Assembly: GCF_036321535.1 (NCBI RefSeq)
Contig: NC_087437.1
Span: 27,406,001-27,470,000 of the forward strand
Reading direction: 5' to 3'
Length of the DNA stretch: 64,000 bases
Source: Camelus dromedarius
Lineage: Eukaryota
A program made the translations under genes and the position numbers. Numbering within the stretch: the stretch's first letter is position 1; the number at the start of each line of letters is the position of its first letter. Below, in pieces: positions 1 through 11,935 of this stretch. The notes under the pieces are model-generated. The model was not told where the DNA came from. It saw nothing but the letters and a program-made list of their open reading frames with translations, and searched no databases.

Positions 1-420
1 GACTCCCAGTCCCAGTTATGAGTAGTTTTCCATGTCATTGAATTTTTTTTCATAAATGTTTAGATAATTTTGCTGCCACCAAGCAGGGATGGCTTGGATT
101 CATGTGGTATCCTCTGGATCAATGGCTTCCAGCGTTTTGGACTGCAGTCCACAGAAGAAATACATTATACACTGAGACTCGGTACTCACACACACACACC
201 CCTGAAACAGAAGTTTCATGAAACAGTATTTACCCTTACTACATGCTGTGCAGTCTGATATAGTCTTTTCTATTCTATTGAATGGTTTTTCTTTTCTATC
301 ATAAAATGTTGGTCAAATATACCAGGGGAAATGGATTACTACTCTTAATGTTCTTGAGTTCCCAAAGCTGGATAAATGAGAGTTGGTACCTCTCTCTTTC
401 TTATTTTCTCCCATACTCCA

Positions 421-1000
421 TTGTCTTGATTGGTTCTTCCCTAGAAGTAGAGCAAGGTAGGGCTGGGATGGATGCAGGCTATTTACTGGGGAGGGGATAT
501 CAGGACACAGAAGTGAGGAGGAGAGGTTAAACTGAGGTGTGTTATGGAGCTAGTTGCTGCCATGGGCAACAGGGGCTCAATCCACTGGTGAGCTCCAGAG
601 GGATGGAAAGAATGCCCTCAGAATGGTTCCTCCAAAGGATGGTAGGCTGGGACATGTATCCACTGACTTCCATCCTTTGTTGCTTGAGGGTGTCCAACCC
701 ACTTCTTCAGCTGCTACAGAAAAGTGGACAGATGAAAGGTGGGTGTCTGGGTGGGAGGCTCTCATCATGCATAGACACCTCCTCCCCACCTCCATGGAAA
801 CATGAGTGAACCACGAGCATGTGGTGCAGGGCACAAAAAAGCAGCTGCTTCTTCCTCTGCGTGGGAAGGGGTGAACTCTGGGCTTCTGCATCCAGTACAT
901 CATCCCTTCCTCCTACCTAGGCAGCCAATCTCAGGGGCTTGCTGCCATGGCAGACAGGCAGAGCCTCCAGGTGACAGGCAGAGCCTGAAGAACTGGCCCC
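421..1000. mobile_element. Old ERVL/MaLR-type LTR fragment (MLT1/LTR33-like)
   Basis: Begins tgtcttgattggttcttccctagaag...tatttactggggaggggatatcagga, resembling recalled old LTR consensus. Ends approximate. Confidence 0.5.
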
Positions 1001-1842
1001 TCCAGGCTTGGCTCTTGATGCATAAACATCATTGAGAAAAATCTTCAGTCTTTCTCAACAAAGCTAATTTCTTGATGTGGACTCAGATAAAAATCTAATT
1101 TCAATTAAGGCTAGAAATGTCTTCTAGACCAGGGGATATCCCCCCACGTCATTGATACCTATCATTGCTTCAGCAGGTGGAGGAGAGGGGCGGTCTACAG
1201 ATATGGAAACAGCTCTAAAACAAGTTCCAAAATGTCCTTTCTCTTACTTTTAATCATGATTTGTAAGTATTCATAATATAGGATGGATACATCATTATTT
1301 AATGATAAACTTTTCTGATATTGGACATTTAGTTTGTTTCCATTCTTTCAGTATCAAAAATAATGTTGTAGCAAACATCCTTGTGTATAGTTCTTTGTCT
1401 GAGTCTCATGTTATTTTACCAAGATACAGAAGTCAAAGTGGAAGTAGAGAGTTAAAGAGTAGGAAAACTATAAAAGCCTTTGACACATCCTGACTCACTT
1501 CTCTCCACAAAGTGGAGATGTAACCACGTACCTATTCACCAGTCATGTGTGTGTTAGACGATCTTAAAAACATTTTCAAAAAATTCTCAATGTTGAAAAT
1601 TTAGAAAGGATAGGGAAGTAAATCATAACAATAATAGATAACCCACAATCCTGAGACAGCCACTATTAACATTTTAGTATATTTTATAGTCTTTTTTTAC
1701 TCCTATAGAATGTATGTGTATAATTTAAGAATAAAATAGGGCACACCACGTGCAGAGCTTCGTATTCTGGCTTTCTTGTTTAATATTATATTACACTTTT
1801 CATAAAGATAATAATTTTAAGTGGTTGCACAATGTTTCATCT

Positions 1843-2280
1843 GTGTCAGTTAGGAATTGTGTTTGGCTGCCATGGACAGAGTTTGACGAGCATAAACGTA
1901 AAATGGTTTATTTTTTCTCATATAATGAGACATCTGGAAGGAGCCAATCGCTGGCTTTGTTACAGTGGTTCAAGGATATCAGAACTGCAGTCACTACATA
2001 CAGTCAGTCCTCCTGGCTTTTCTCTTGTGGTCCCCAAATGGCTTGCGGGGCTTGAGCCATCATCTCAGTGATCGAGACAGCTGGGTCCAGGCAGCAATCC
2101 AGGCACTTGGAAGTCTCACCCAAGGACTTCTGCTTATATCTCACTGGCCCCCTTGTCTGCAAGGAAGGCTGTGAAATGTAGTATTTTTAGCTAAGCACAT
2201 TGCTGGCCACAATATTATGGGGTCCTGTTAATGACAAAAGAGAAGAATGGAAATTGAGCAGCTAAGCCGTCTCTGCCATA
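1843..2280. mobile_element. MaLR LTR (MLT1J/K-like)
   Basis: tgtgtcagttaggaattgtgtttggctgc...ttttttctcatataatgagacatctgga. A related copy lies at ~15140-15640. Confidence 0.6.
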
Positions 2281-4469
2281 GCATCCTATGATGTAATATT
2301 TTCTTTAACCAATTTCCTATGGAGGAGTATTTAGTTTTTTCTAATTTTCACCATTATACCAATTGCCATGGTAAGCATCTTTGTACAAACATCTTTATAT
2401 CTCTTATTATTTCCTTCTGATAAATTCCCAGATGGGATTTATAAATCAAATCATGGAATGCCAAATTGCTTTCTACCGATTATACTCTCACCAGCAACAT
2501 ATAAAACTGTTGGGCAGTCTTTCTGAGAGTCATTCGTTGAATACTTGCTTTCTGTCCAACTCCAGATGGCCCCTTGTGATTCTTTTTTCAAATATTAATG
2601 TCATTCACAAATGTTAGAAAATGCAATCAGTCCTTAAGTAGAATATGTCAAAAGGGCAGTGGCTGAGCACTATGCCTTTTATTTAATTAAATATATACCC
2701 GACGAAAATGTCCTTGGAGGATGAGCCTGCAAGGTGACAGACACATTTTAGACCTGTATGTTCTTGTATTTTGATTTTTGAAGAATTATCTGAGATGGTT
2801 TTGATACCAGTAATGACATGGGGCCACAGGAGAAAGGATGACAAGGAAAAGACCCATCTAAGAACCTACCAAGAAATTTAAATCAATTTAGGATGTTTAA
2901 AGTTTAATATTAGAAGCTATTATGGAAGCTATGAATCTTAACACAACTATAGCTATTCTGCAAACCAATGCAATTTTAGCAAAGTTTTGGAGCCCCGTCT
3001 ATCAGGTTGCACTCTAATGGAACTAATGTTAGCAGAAACAGCGCTCAGCCAAGTCACAGAGGAGCTGGATTCTTCCCCAGTCCCAAGCAAGAGCCAAAAT
3101 TTCACATATTTAGAGGTGTATGCAGTTAACCTGGTCTCAAAAATTCATGCTTCGAGCAAATTTCTGATAATTTATATGGAAATTTTAAATGCATCGTGGG
3201 ACTCAAATGAAAAGAACTCATAGACACCTCTGTTCAGGTTAATGCAGTAAAACTCAACAGTGATCGCTTTTTAAACAAGAATAATCATTCAATAATTCAT
3301 GTTTTGAGACTTTGGTTTTGTACTTCAGGTTCCTCTAAAGCAAGAATGGACTTTAAGTCCTGTCAAAATTTCCGTGGCCTTTAGCCTTCCTTGTTCAAGC
3401 AAAGATGAAAGCCATTGGAAAAAGTGATCTTTGCATGCGTGTTTTTTGAATTTTCTTGCAGTCTGTGTTCTAAATAGCACTGTGCACAGTCACCTAGGTC
3501 CCTGGAATGTCCCACACATGGCTAATTCATTGGCTAATTCATGTGTAATGCATGCTGGGGTAGACTTTCCAGGCTGTGTCTTGAACCCAGGGATCAGGAG
3601 ACACCCATTCAGGAGGGCGGAGACTACACCACAAAGATGCTTCCCACCTCCCTGGGGGGACAAGCACTCCCAGTGCTTCAAACTAGAGCTGACAGAGTCA
3701 GAAGTCCATAAATATTTGCTGAATTTTTTTGAATATGATACAATCCAAACACACTTTATCTCTAAGTGATAGAATTATATGTGACTTTTCTCCTTTTTTT
3801 GCTTTTCTGTATTTTCTGAATTTCCCTCAAGTAATAGCTGGGATATTTGTAATCTGGTAAAATAAAACAAATGTGTTTTCTTGTACCCGTGTACAGAGCT
3901 GCATTACAGATCATGGTTCCTAGGACGTTTTTGCTAAATTTTTGAACTAGAGGAGGTAGATTATTTTGTATCATATTAAACTGAGCATTTTTATAAATAT
4001 GTTTAAATATTTTATATTTTAAATTAGATGTGAGCTTTGAATTATTTTATTTAGCAGTATATATTAGGTGATAAACAGAGACGGAAAGAAAATTAGTAAG
4101 TGAATCAATCATTGAACTGTAATTCCCTGAATTAAGTCTTTAAAACCATCAATAGATGACAATACTGTGTGAATTATACCATTTTGCATTTTATACCAAT
4201 ACTTTATTTATATAACTAACAATCCAGAACACCAGAGTTGTTGTTTCTGTATCTGTGAGTTTACTATTTCTTAAGCATTTACTCTTATTTCATCAATATA
4301 TTGCATATGGTTTAAACATTTTTGATAACTTAGTCATAATGCACTTTTAAATTCAACAAAAATTTAATGAGCATGCATATGATACCACAGCACTCTGTAA
4401 ATTCCTCTCACTTTTGTTACTATTATTATAAACATTTTTATTTATTAGTGTTATTAGCTACTATTTATT

Positions 4470-4700
4470 CTATGTTCACTATTTACCAGGCAGTATGTTA
4501 GTGGCTTTCATGTAATAACTAATGTAGTTCTATGATAACTTTATGAGGTGCTTATTATTATTTCTATCTTAAGAAATTAAGGCAGAAAGACAGAGTGACC
4601 CACCCTATATTACACAGCAGCTTGTTGAAATGGCAATGTCAGAATTTGAACTCAAGCCCACGTATTTCCTAATCCATATTTTAATCACTATCTTCTACTT
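4470..4700 (-). mobile_element. MIR SINE
   Basis: Diverged MIR core (aactttatgaggt...attatt...gaaattaaggcagaaag...gaatttgaactcaag). Confidence 0.65.
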
Positions 4701-4974
4701 TCTCCAAATAATTGCACATGTCTGTTTTCCCTCTAAGGTTTAAGCAACTTAATAGCAAGGACTCTGTTTCTTACTCTGTCCCTGGGTGCCTGGTCCACAG
4801 GGAGGACTCAGTAAATACTGAAATAAACTAAACTTAGATTTGAACTTTGGTCTCTAACATAAGAGTAAACAACAACAACAGAAAGCCCTACAAAACGGTT
4901 TCTTCACAAGTAATTTGCATCTGTAGCTAACCTGATTTTTCTTCCTGCTCTGTTACTTAAGAATTTATTTTATA

Positions 4975-5305
4975 ATCCTATAGAAAAATGGACAAGAGAC
5001 ATGAAAAATTTACAGAGAAAAAGATAAAAATGACTTAACATATAAAAAGATATTCAACTTTACTACTAATAAAATAAACGTAAATTAAAAAGGCAATGAG
5101 ATAACATTTCACAATTATCATAACAAAAAGTGAAAACTTTGGCAGCACACTTTGCTGTTTAGCTTGTAAAATACCAACAGGGTAATCTCATATATTGGTG
5201 GTGGAAATGCAGAATGCTAAACCCCTATGGAAATAAATTTGTCAAAATCTAGCAAAATATGTATTTACCCTTTGACTCACAAATCTGACTTTTAAGAATC
5301 TGTCT
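4975..5305 (+). mobile_element. Ancient L1 (L1M) ORF2 3' fragment
   Basis: agaaaaatggacaagagacatgaa...aaaagatattcaac...aatgagataacatttcac is typical of the L1 ORF2 C-terminal region. Confidence 0.7.
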
Positions 5306-5845
5306 TAGGAGCCTCTCACTTCAGTTTTACCCTTAAGTACCTGCCCTATGATAATGGGCGGGACTCCAAGCATTTCTCCTAACAGAGCACAGTGTTAAGC
5401 TTTGTCAGTAGAGGGCGCTGGAGGGACATTGCAGGAGGAACAGGGCTCTGGTCTGGGGTGCTGCCGTTGTGTTTTCACTTGCTCCCGCTGTACAGTCCCT
5501 CGGTGGTGTGCAGTGGAGATGGGGAGAAAGGGGAGAAGCTGATGGAATCAGGTCGTGCCCGAGTGCCCAGTCCCTCAGTTACCTTCCAGCCCAACCTGGG
5601 CCTCATGACCAGCTTGCTGTGGACCTTCTGGTAGGGACAGCCAGTGCTCCAGCTGGAGCCCTGACTACCCCTGTGTGCTTGTATGCCAGAGCCTTATTTT
5701 CTGCTGTGGAAAACTTTGGCCCAGGGTTCACTGCCATCCAGTAGACTGCAACCACATCTTCTCCAACTAGGTTTTAACTTCTTTGGAAGGGTTTCCCTGC
5801 CAATTTTGTCCTTCCCCGGGTCCTCTCCCTCAGACCTAGAGCATT
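5305..5845. mobile_element. ERVL LTR (LTR41-like) carrying a CTCF motif
   Basis: GC-richer insert interrupting the L1, with tgtcagtagagggcgctggagggacattgcaggagg. Family assigned from recall. Confidence 0.5.
5404..5420 (+). promoter_or_regulatory. CTCF motif (forward)
   Basis: GTCAGTAGAGGGCGCTG is a close match to the CCASYAGRKGGCRS core. Confidence 0.55.
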
Positions 5846-5856
5846 ATTCTTTAGAG

Positions 5857-6051
5857 CAAGGGTTGGCAAACTATGGTCTGCTGGCCAACTCCAGCTCACC
5901 ACCTGTTTTGTAAATAAAATTTTAATACACAGCCATGGACACGGTTTATGTATTGTCTACAGTGTTGAATGATTGTAACAGAGACAGTATGGTACACAAA
6001 GCCTAAAATATTTACTGTTTGTCCCTTGATAGAAAAAGCTTGCCAATCCTA
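5857..6051 (+). mobile_element. MER58-like hAT-Charlie non-autonomous DNA transposon
   Basis: caagggttggcaaactatgg...gcttgccaatcct termini. Near-perfect 8-bp TSD ctttagag (5849-5856) / ctttaaag (6052-6059). Confidence 0.8.
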
Positions 6052-6169
6052 CTTTAAAGTTCTCTTTACATCTTTGTGTTATTCTCTTAACATAGCTTAA
6101 TAATTTTTAATATTAAATTTTCCCTATTTGAATTGCCATATGGTTTCCGTCTTCAGACTGATACTACCT

Positions 6170-7780
6170 CCAAGAATACAAAAATACCTATGCATAAGGT
6201 AATTTATTGCAGCCTGACTTGTAAAGGCACACACAAAAAAAAACAATCTAAATGCCTTAACATTGACATTGGTTTAATAAACTATGATAGCCATACTTTT
6301 AAAAGGGCTCTGTAACTATGAAAAGAATTAGGAGATTTCTATGAACTAGTATGGAGTAATTTTCAGGATATGGTATTAAGTGGGGAAAAAAGCACAAAAG
6401 AGTATATAAAGTATACTATATGAGTAAGAAAGCTTGTTTAAAAAAAAACATGGGAAAGATAAGAGAGAAATTAATAACATCGATTACCTACAGATGGTGT
6501 GTTAGAATGGAATGAAAAGAACAAAAGAGGAATCAACACTTCTCTGCATGTACCTTTTGGTATAGTTTAGATTTTAAAACACTATTAATGTTTTACACAT
6601 TCAAAAATGAAATTAAATCAATAAGTATGAGAAGAAAAAGAAAACTGAATGCAAACAGAAACCAGTGAACCAATATTTCAAATTAATAGCAAGACCACAT
6701 GGAAGAAAAAGAAAAGAATGAATTCAAGTCACATTTGAACCAATTCTTTGACTAAATACCCTCAGTCAAAAAATAGTAAAAAAAGAAATCTTGAACTCCA
6801 CTTAATAGGGTTTTTTTTTACAAAATATTATTTTTTTTACAAAAAATTGTTTACAAAAATTTTTACAAAAAAATTGTTTACAAAAAATTTTATTTTACAA
6901 AAATTATTTTTACAAAAAATTTTACAAAAGATTGTGGTTATAGCAATTCTGAAACTATTTTGGTATATTGTAGAATTAAGCAAATGAATAAATGTATTTA
7001 TATGTTAGGAGCCAGGGTTCTCACTGTGGGAGAGGATATGTATAAATGTGAACTGGGAGAAGACTAAGCAGAATACCAAGGTATTTGTTGCATTGGAATT
7101 TGAGTAATCTGGATAGGGAGACAGAAAGATAGGGAGACAGATAAAGAGAAGCAATAAAACTCCAACAGCAATGAGCAACCTATTGCCTAGCTGTTGGTTT
7201 TTAAATATCACTACACTAGAAGAAGTAAGGGATCCTTGAAAAGATGACTGATTCTAGGGCTGGAGCAGTTCAAGTACAAGATGAGCCAGGATCATCTTAC
7301 TGCCCCAGAAGTTAAGAATGTGCTCAAAAAATTATGGGAATCTGTCCAAAGGACATGGGAGCTGGTTTGGAGGGGCTTCTACTGGTCAAACTGGAACAAT
7401 AGGAGCATCAAATAAACAATGATGTGACTAGATTATATTACCATTAAGTAAGCAAGTAATTCATCTGTAGACTTAAAAATAAGAGCTAAAAGTATAAAAC
7501 TTCCAAAGGAGGAATAAACAAAGATTTCTCATATAGGACAAAAAACACAAATGACAACTCTGTATGATCCTGGATTAGAAAAAAAAGTTCTCTAAAGGAC
7601 ATAATTGGGACAATTGACAGATTTGAATATAGATTGTCTATTAAGTAATGATATTGTATCACTGTTAAACTCCCTGAATCTGATCATTTTACTGTGGAAA
7701 AGAATGTCTTTGCTGTTAAAAGACACATACTAACAAATTTAAGGGTCGTGAAGTCTGAAATTTACACTCAAATATTTCTG
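6170..7780 (+). mobile_element. Ancient L1 (L1MC/L1ME-type) 3' region fragments
   Basis: A-rich and L1 3'-like (tttattgcagc...caatctaaatgcc...taaactatgatagccatac). Boundaries approximate. Confidence 0.55.
6811..6930. repeat. AT-rich imperfect minisatellite, 8 units of ~TTTTACAAAAA
   Basis: Eight tacaaaa cores separated by T-rich spacers. Confidence 0.85.
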
Positions 7781-7786
7781 TCAAAA

Positions 7787-7813
7787 CTACTGCTGCTGCC
7801 ACCACCACCACCA

Positions 7814-7849
<36 letters not shown>
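7787..7849. repeat. Compound microsatellite (CTG)n(CCA)n(ATT)~12
   Basis: Directly visible in the sequence. Confidence 0.95.
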
Positions 7850-7851
<2 letters not shown>

Positions 7852-8049
7852 CAACAAATGTGGCAAAATGTTCATTGGTCAGTCTAGGTGAAGAAGTGTC
7901 TGTGGTTCCTTTTCATCAGCCATTGACCACATTGTGTGGCTACTGAGTCACACAGATAGTCAAGGACTCTCGCATTAGCTATGAACTTATCCATTCCTTT
8001 ATTTTCATCTTCTCAGGTGCTGGAGTTAAGGTCCCATCCACATGTTACC

Positions 8050-8215
8050 CTGTTTGATCTTCACAAAAATCCTGCGAAGTAGACATTATTTTCTCCATTT
8101 AAACAGATGAGAGAACTGAAGTTCAAAGAGGTCAAGTGACTTGCCCGAGGTCACGGTGAGTAAATTATAACGTAGTAATTCAGACAAGAACTCTAGGTCC
8201 CGTGCTCATTTCACC
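8050..8215 (-). mobile_element. MIR SINE
   Basis: ctccatttaaacagatgagagaactgaagttcaaagaggtcaagtgacttgcccgaggtcac is the MIR core. Confidence 0.8.
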
Positions 8216-11200
8216 TCAGTGCGGGTCCCGGGGACCCAATGCTGTGACCATCGGCAGATGCTGCAGAATCAGGAAGCCAAACAGAGCATTAAAAGGGAGA
8301 GCCTTAGAACACAGACTCTGTGGGAATTCAGTAATTAGAAAGCATAACTTAATAACATAAGGACAAATGACTATCTAAAGATTTAATGTTCCTATTATTA
8401 CTTCCTTAAATGACCTGCCATTTCATATTGTTTCTGTTCATCAGACTACAGGTTAGCCTCATACATGCACCATTATTACTATTATCTGAGATACATAAAT
8501 ATCCTTTTAAAAATATGAATATACATCAGGTTTTGTGTATTTATGTGTTTTTAAACTTCCTACTATATAGAAACATAAAGAAGGGAACAAGCAAAAACAA
8601 TTTCATTGATATTAAAAAAGAAATGCATGTATATGGTTAAAATATTTAAAATGTTAAGTTTCTTTTACTTCTTTCATTTAAAATATGTCCTTAGGACATA
8701 CAGTCTACTACATTCTTTTTTAGCAGCTGTAGGAGATTCCATCATAAGGGTGTGTTAGAGGTATGTGTGTAGATGTGTGTGGATTTGTGGGTATGGGTTT
8801 GTGTATGTAGGCTTATATGTGTGTATGTTTGTGTATGCACAGGGCTGTGTGTGTGTGTTTATGCCTAGAACCACTGCCTCCTACTGGTTACTGTCGCTTC
8901 CATGAGCTAATTTAAGCTCCTGGAAGTACAAGGATCACGTCTGATTGACTTTCATGTCTAGCATCTGAGCGGGGGGCTAGAACTAATGTTCACAGAGACA
9001 TAGCTTTTATTGGTACGTAACAAGTTCTTTCCACACGAAGAGCAGTGGCAAAGAGAGCAAGCTCAGACTACTGGGTTCACATCCTGGTTGCACAGCTGAC
9101 TGAGGTCTGGGATGGTTCCTGGGAAAGTTCCTTGGCCTCAGTGGCCTCTATTTCTTCATTGGAAGTGGATGTACCTCTGGCACACTCCTGGTCAGCTTCC
9201 ACTGCAGCAGAGACAGAGAAAAGATTTCGAGGGCGTATGGTTTATGGAGGGAGTACTCTCAGGAGACAGGAAGGGAAGACGGTGGGCTAGGGAGGGGCTA
9301 AATCAGGAGCTGGTCTCAGCAGGGGTCTAGCTTCAATCTGATCCTACAGGGAGCTCATGAATTGGACTGCAAAGCTAGTCCCACCTTAAGGCAAGGGGTA
9401 CCTTTTCTGCCCCATCCTTTAGACCCTGGCTGCCGAAAGTCACCCAGGCTGGGTTGGTGTGCCATGTAACCTCCGGGAGCAGCTCCTGTGAGAAGGAAGG
9501 CAGGTCTCGGGAGAAAAGAGAGAGCTGCAAACCTGTAGCAACACTCACTCACAGCAGCTGAGAGGTGGGTGCGCCTGCCCGGTGAGAGGGGTACCGCCTC
9601 ACCAGGTCATGCGAAGGGTAAACATGATGCTGCACACAAAGCCCTTAGAGCAGTAAGAACGGGGAGCAGGTATTGAGTGCTTACATCAAGTTTTGTTCTA
9701 AGCGCTTTGACCTTAGAAAACTGCAGAATATCAATAAACCCTCAAATGTCAGCCAATTTTATTACCTCATTTAATAACCGACTTCCTCACACATGTTAAG
9801 TGTTTAATAAATGAGGGATAAATCACATGTGCAGGGAAGGTGGCCTTCTCGTCTCTTGGCTTAGCCTCTGTGTTCCTCACTGTTCTTGTTATGTTTTAAT
9901 CCAGTGTTTTGGACCTTGTGTATCCTGTGGGTACTGAGTGAACAAGAGTTATTTTGGTCATTTTCAGGACTTCTGTATTTCTAGTTGACTGATGTACAAG
10001 GGGCACTTGAATAAATGTGGATGAGGTTACAGTGAGAGGACCCAGGAATGCCTGGCCTGCTGGCTAATTCTCCCCACCCTCCATGCCGTGATTCCTGGGA
10101 AAGCTGGGCCCACGAGGAAGATGAGGAGAGAGAAATCCACGAGCCTTTGCAGTAGTGTCTGTGTGCAGTGGTCTGGGTTGCTCAGAGAAGCAGAAGCATG
10201 AAGAGCGCTACCTAGCAGGGGATCTACTGAAGGGACTTGACCTGACCCAGCAGTGGGATCTGGGGAACTGAGTCTGAGGTTGTTGGCTCTGCTTCTTGTG
10301 CTGGGGACCCAGACTCCACAGGGCAGGCTGTTGGGAAAGGAAGTTGGATATGAAGTGAGGGAAGCAAGTAGCTGGTACCCGGGTGGTTTCACGATCCCCT
10401 GAGTCCTCTGGCTTTGCCGATAGGAGTCCTGCAGGAGCAGCTGGTGCCTGCCACGGAGCCAGCCAAGCCCTGACTTGGGAGTCAGTGACGCTGAAGGGGG
10501 ATGCGTGGCAGCTGGAGCTGCTGTGGGCTAGGCTGCTGTGTGACACCAGCAAGGTGAGCCTGCCAATCTCAACAACGAGAGTGACACAGTGCCTGGTGCC
10601 CCTGCGCCGATGTTCCGAGAGTGCACAGGACGAAGAGCTAGATCAGCTGCTTCACGTCTGCCTTCTAAATCTTGCACATAGCATCCCCTTAGGTCCAGGC
10701 AGACTCCGAATTAGGCAGGGAAATCTGGGCTGCACAGTTCCAGTTTAGCTAAGTGGACACAATACAAATCGCCACACCTGTTGACAGCATCAGAATGAGC
10801 TCCAGGGGAAAGCTGGCTGCCTAAGTGAGCATTCTTTCTGTCTCTCCATCATGTACCTCTGAATCAAAATCTGGGAGCCTTAGAGGAAGAAAAAGACAGA
10901 GACAGAATAAAAGAGGGAGTAGGAGAGGCCCCAAGTACATGGAGCAGTCAGCCACGTGGAGCCAGGAATGTAGCCGAGAAGACAGCTAGCCCCTCTGAGG
11001 GCCAGGCCTTGTCTAACTGCTTAACACATAGAGAAAAGAAGTTAAGAAATACAAGCCAGAGTGAAGGAAACATGGCCCAGGAATGCCCTGGAATGCTGAC
11101 CCAGATCATTGGTTCTTCCCCTGGAAGAGAAGCTAATAAGTTGGGCTGGTGAGGAGAGTGAAGGATGGTGTCCCCTTCCCTGCCATGCTGGAAGACAGCA

Positions 11201-11465
11201 TTTCTAGAGGTTTTTTGTGCTTTACAGGAAATTAGTATTATTTAAATGGATGGTTGCATGATTCCAATGTCCCAGTTACACTAGTGAGGATGTAGCCCTG
11301 TGACCATGTCTGGTTGGAAATATCACCCTTGTGATTTTTTTTTTTTTTTAGCAGTTTTCTTGATCCTGGAGCTCCCAAAGGCTCCTGGCCAGGAAGGAAG
11401 GTCTTAAGGCCTCCTGGAAGTAATCAATTACTCTTTAAGAAAAACAGAGAAGAGAGGAGGGAAGA

Positions 11466-11935
11466 TGTATTGGTCAGAAGAGGCTAGGCTGAGCTCTGGT
11501 GAGAACCCCCAAATTCAGTGGCCTAAAACTAGATTTCTATCTCATTCAATCTCCTTGTCCTTCACAGGACACTAGTGAGGAATCTGCTCCCCAGGGCCTC
11601 CCAAGGATCCAGGCTGACAGGGCAGGACCATCTCGGGGTTGCTGGTTGGGTGGGTGGTTACAGCAACGGCCTCAGTGTGATCACACCACCTGCCACCACC
11701 ACGACTATGTTCTCAAGCTTGTGCAGTTCCCTCCATGTTCAGTCTCACAGCAGAAGGAAAGAGGCTCCTGAAGGGTCTCACATTTGCAATCAAAGTGACA
11801 CTTGTCACCTCTTGTTACAATTCATTGGCCACAACTGGTCATATGACACTACCTAAGCTTGGAGGGTCATGAATTGATATCCTACCAGGTGCTCAGAAAG
11901 CCAGAAATATTGAGAGTACCACTGACTCCCACAGA
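11466..11935. mobile_element. MaLR LTR (MLT1K/L-like)
   Basis: tgtattggtcagaagaggctaggctg...cccaaattcagtggcctaaaac...ttcattggccacaactggtcatatgac. Confidence 0.55.
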
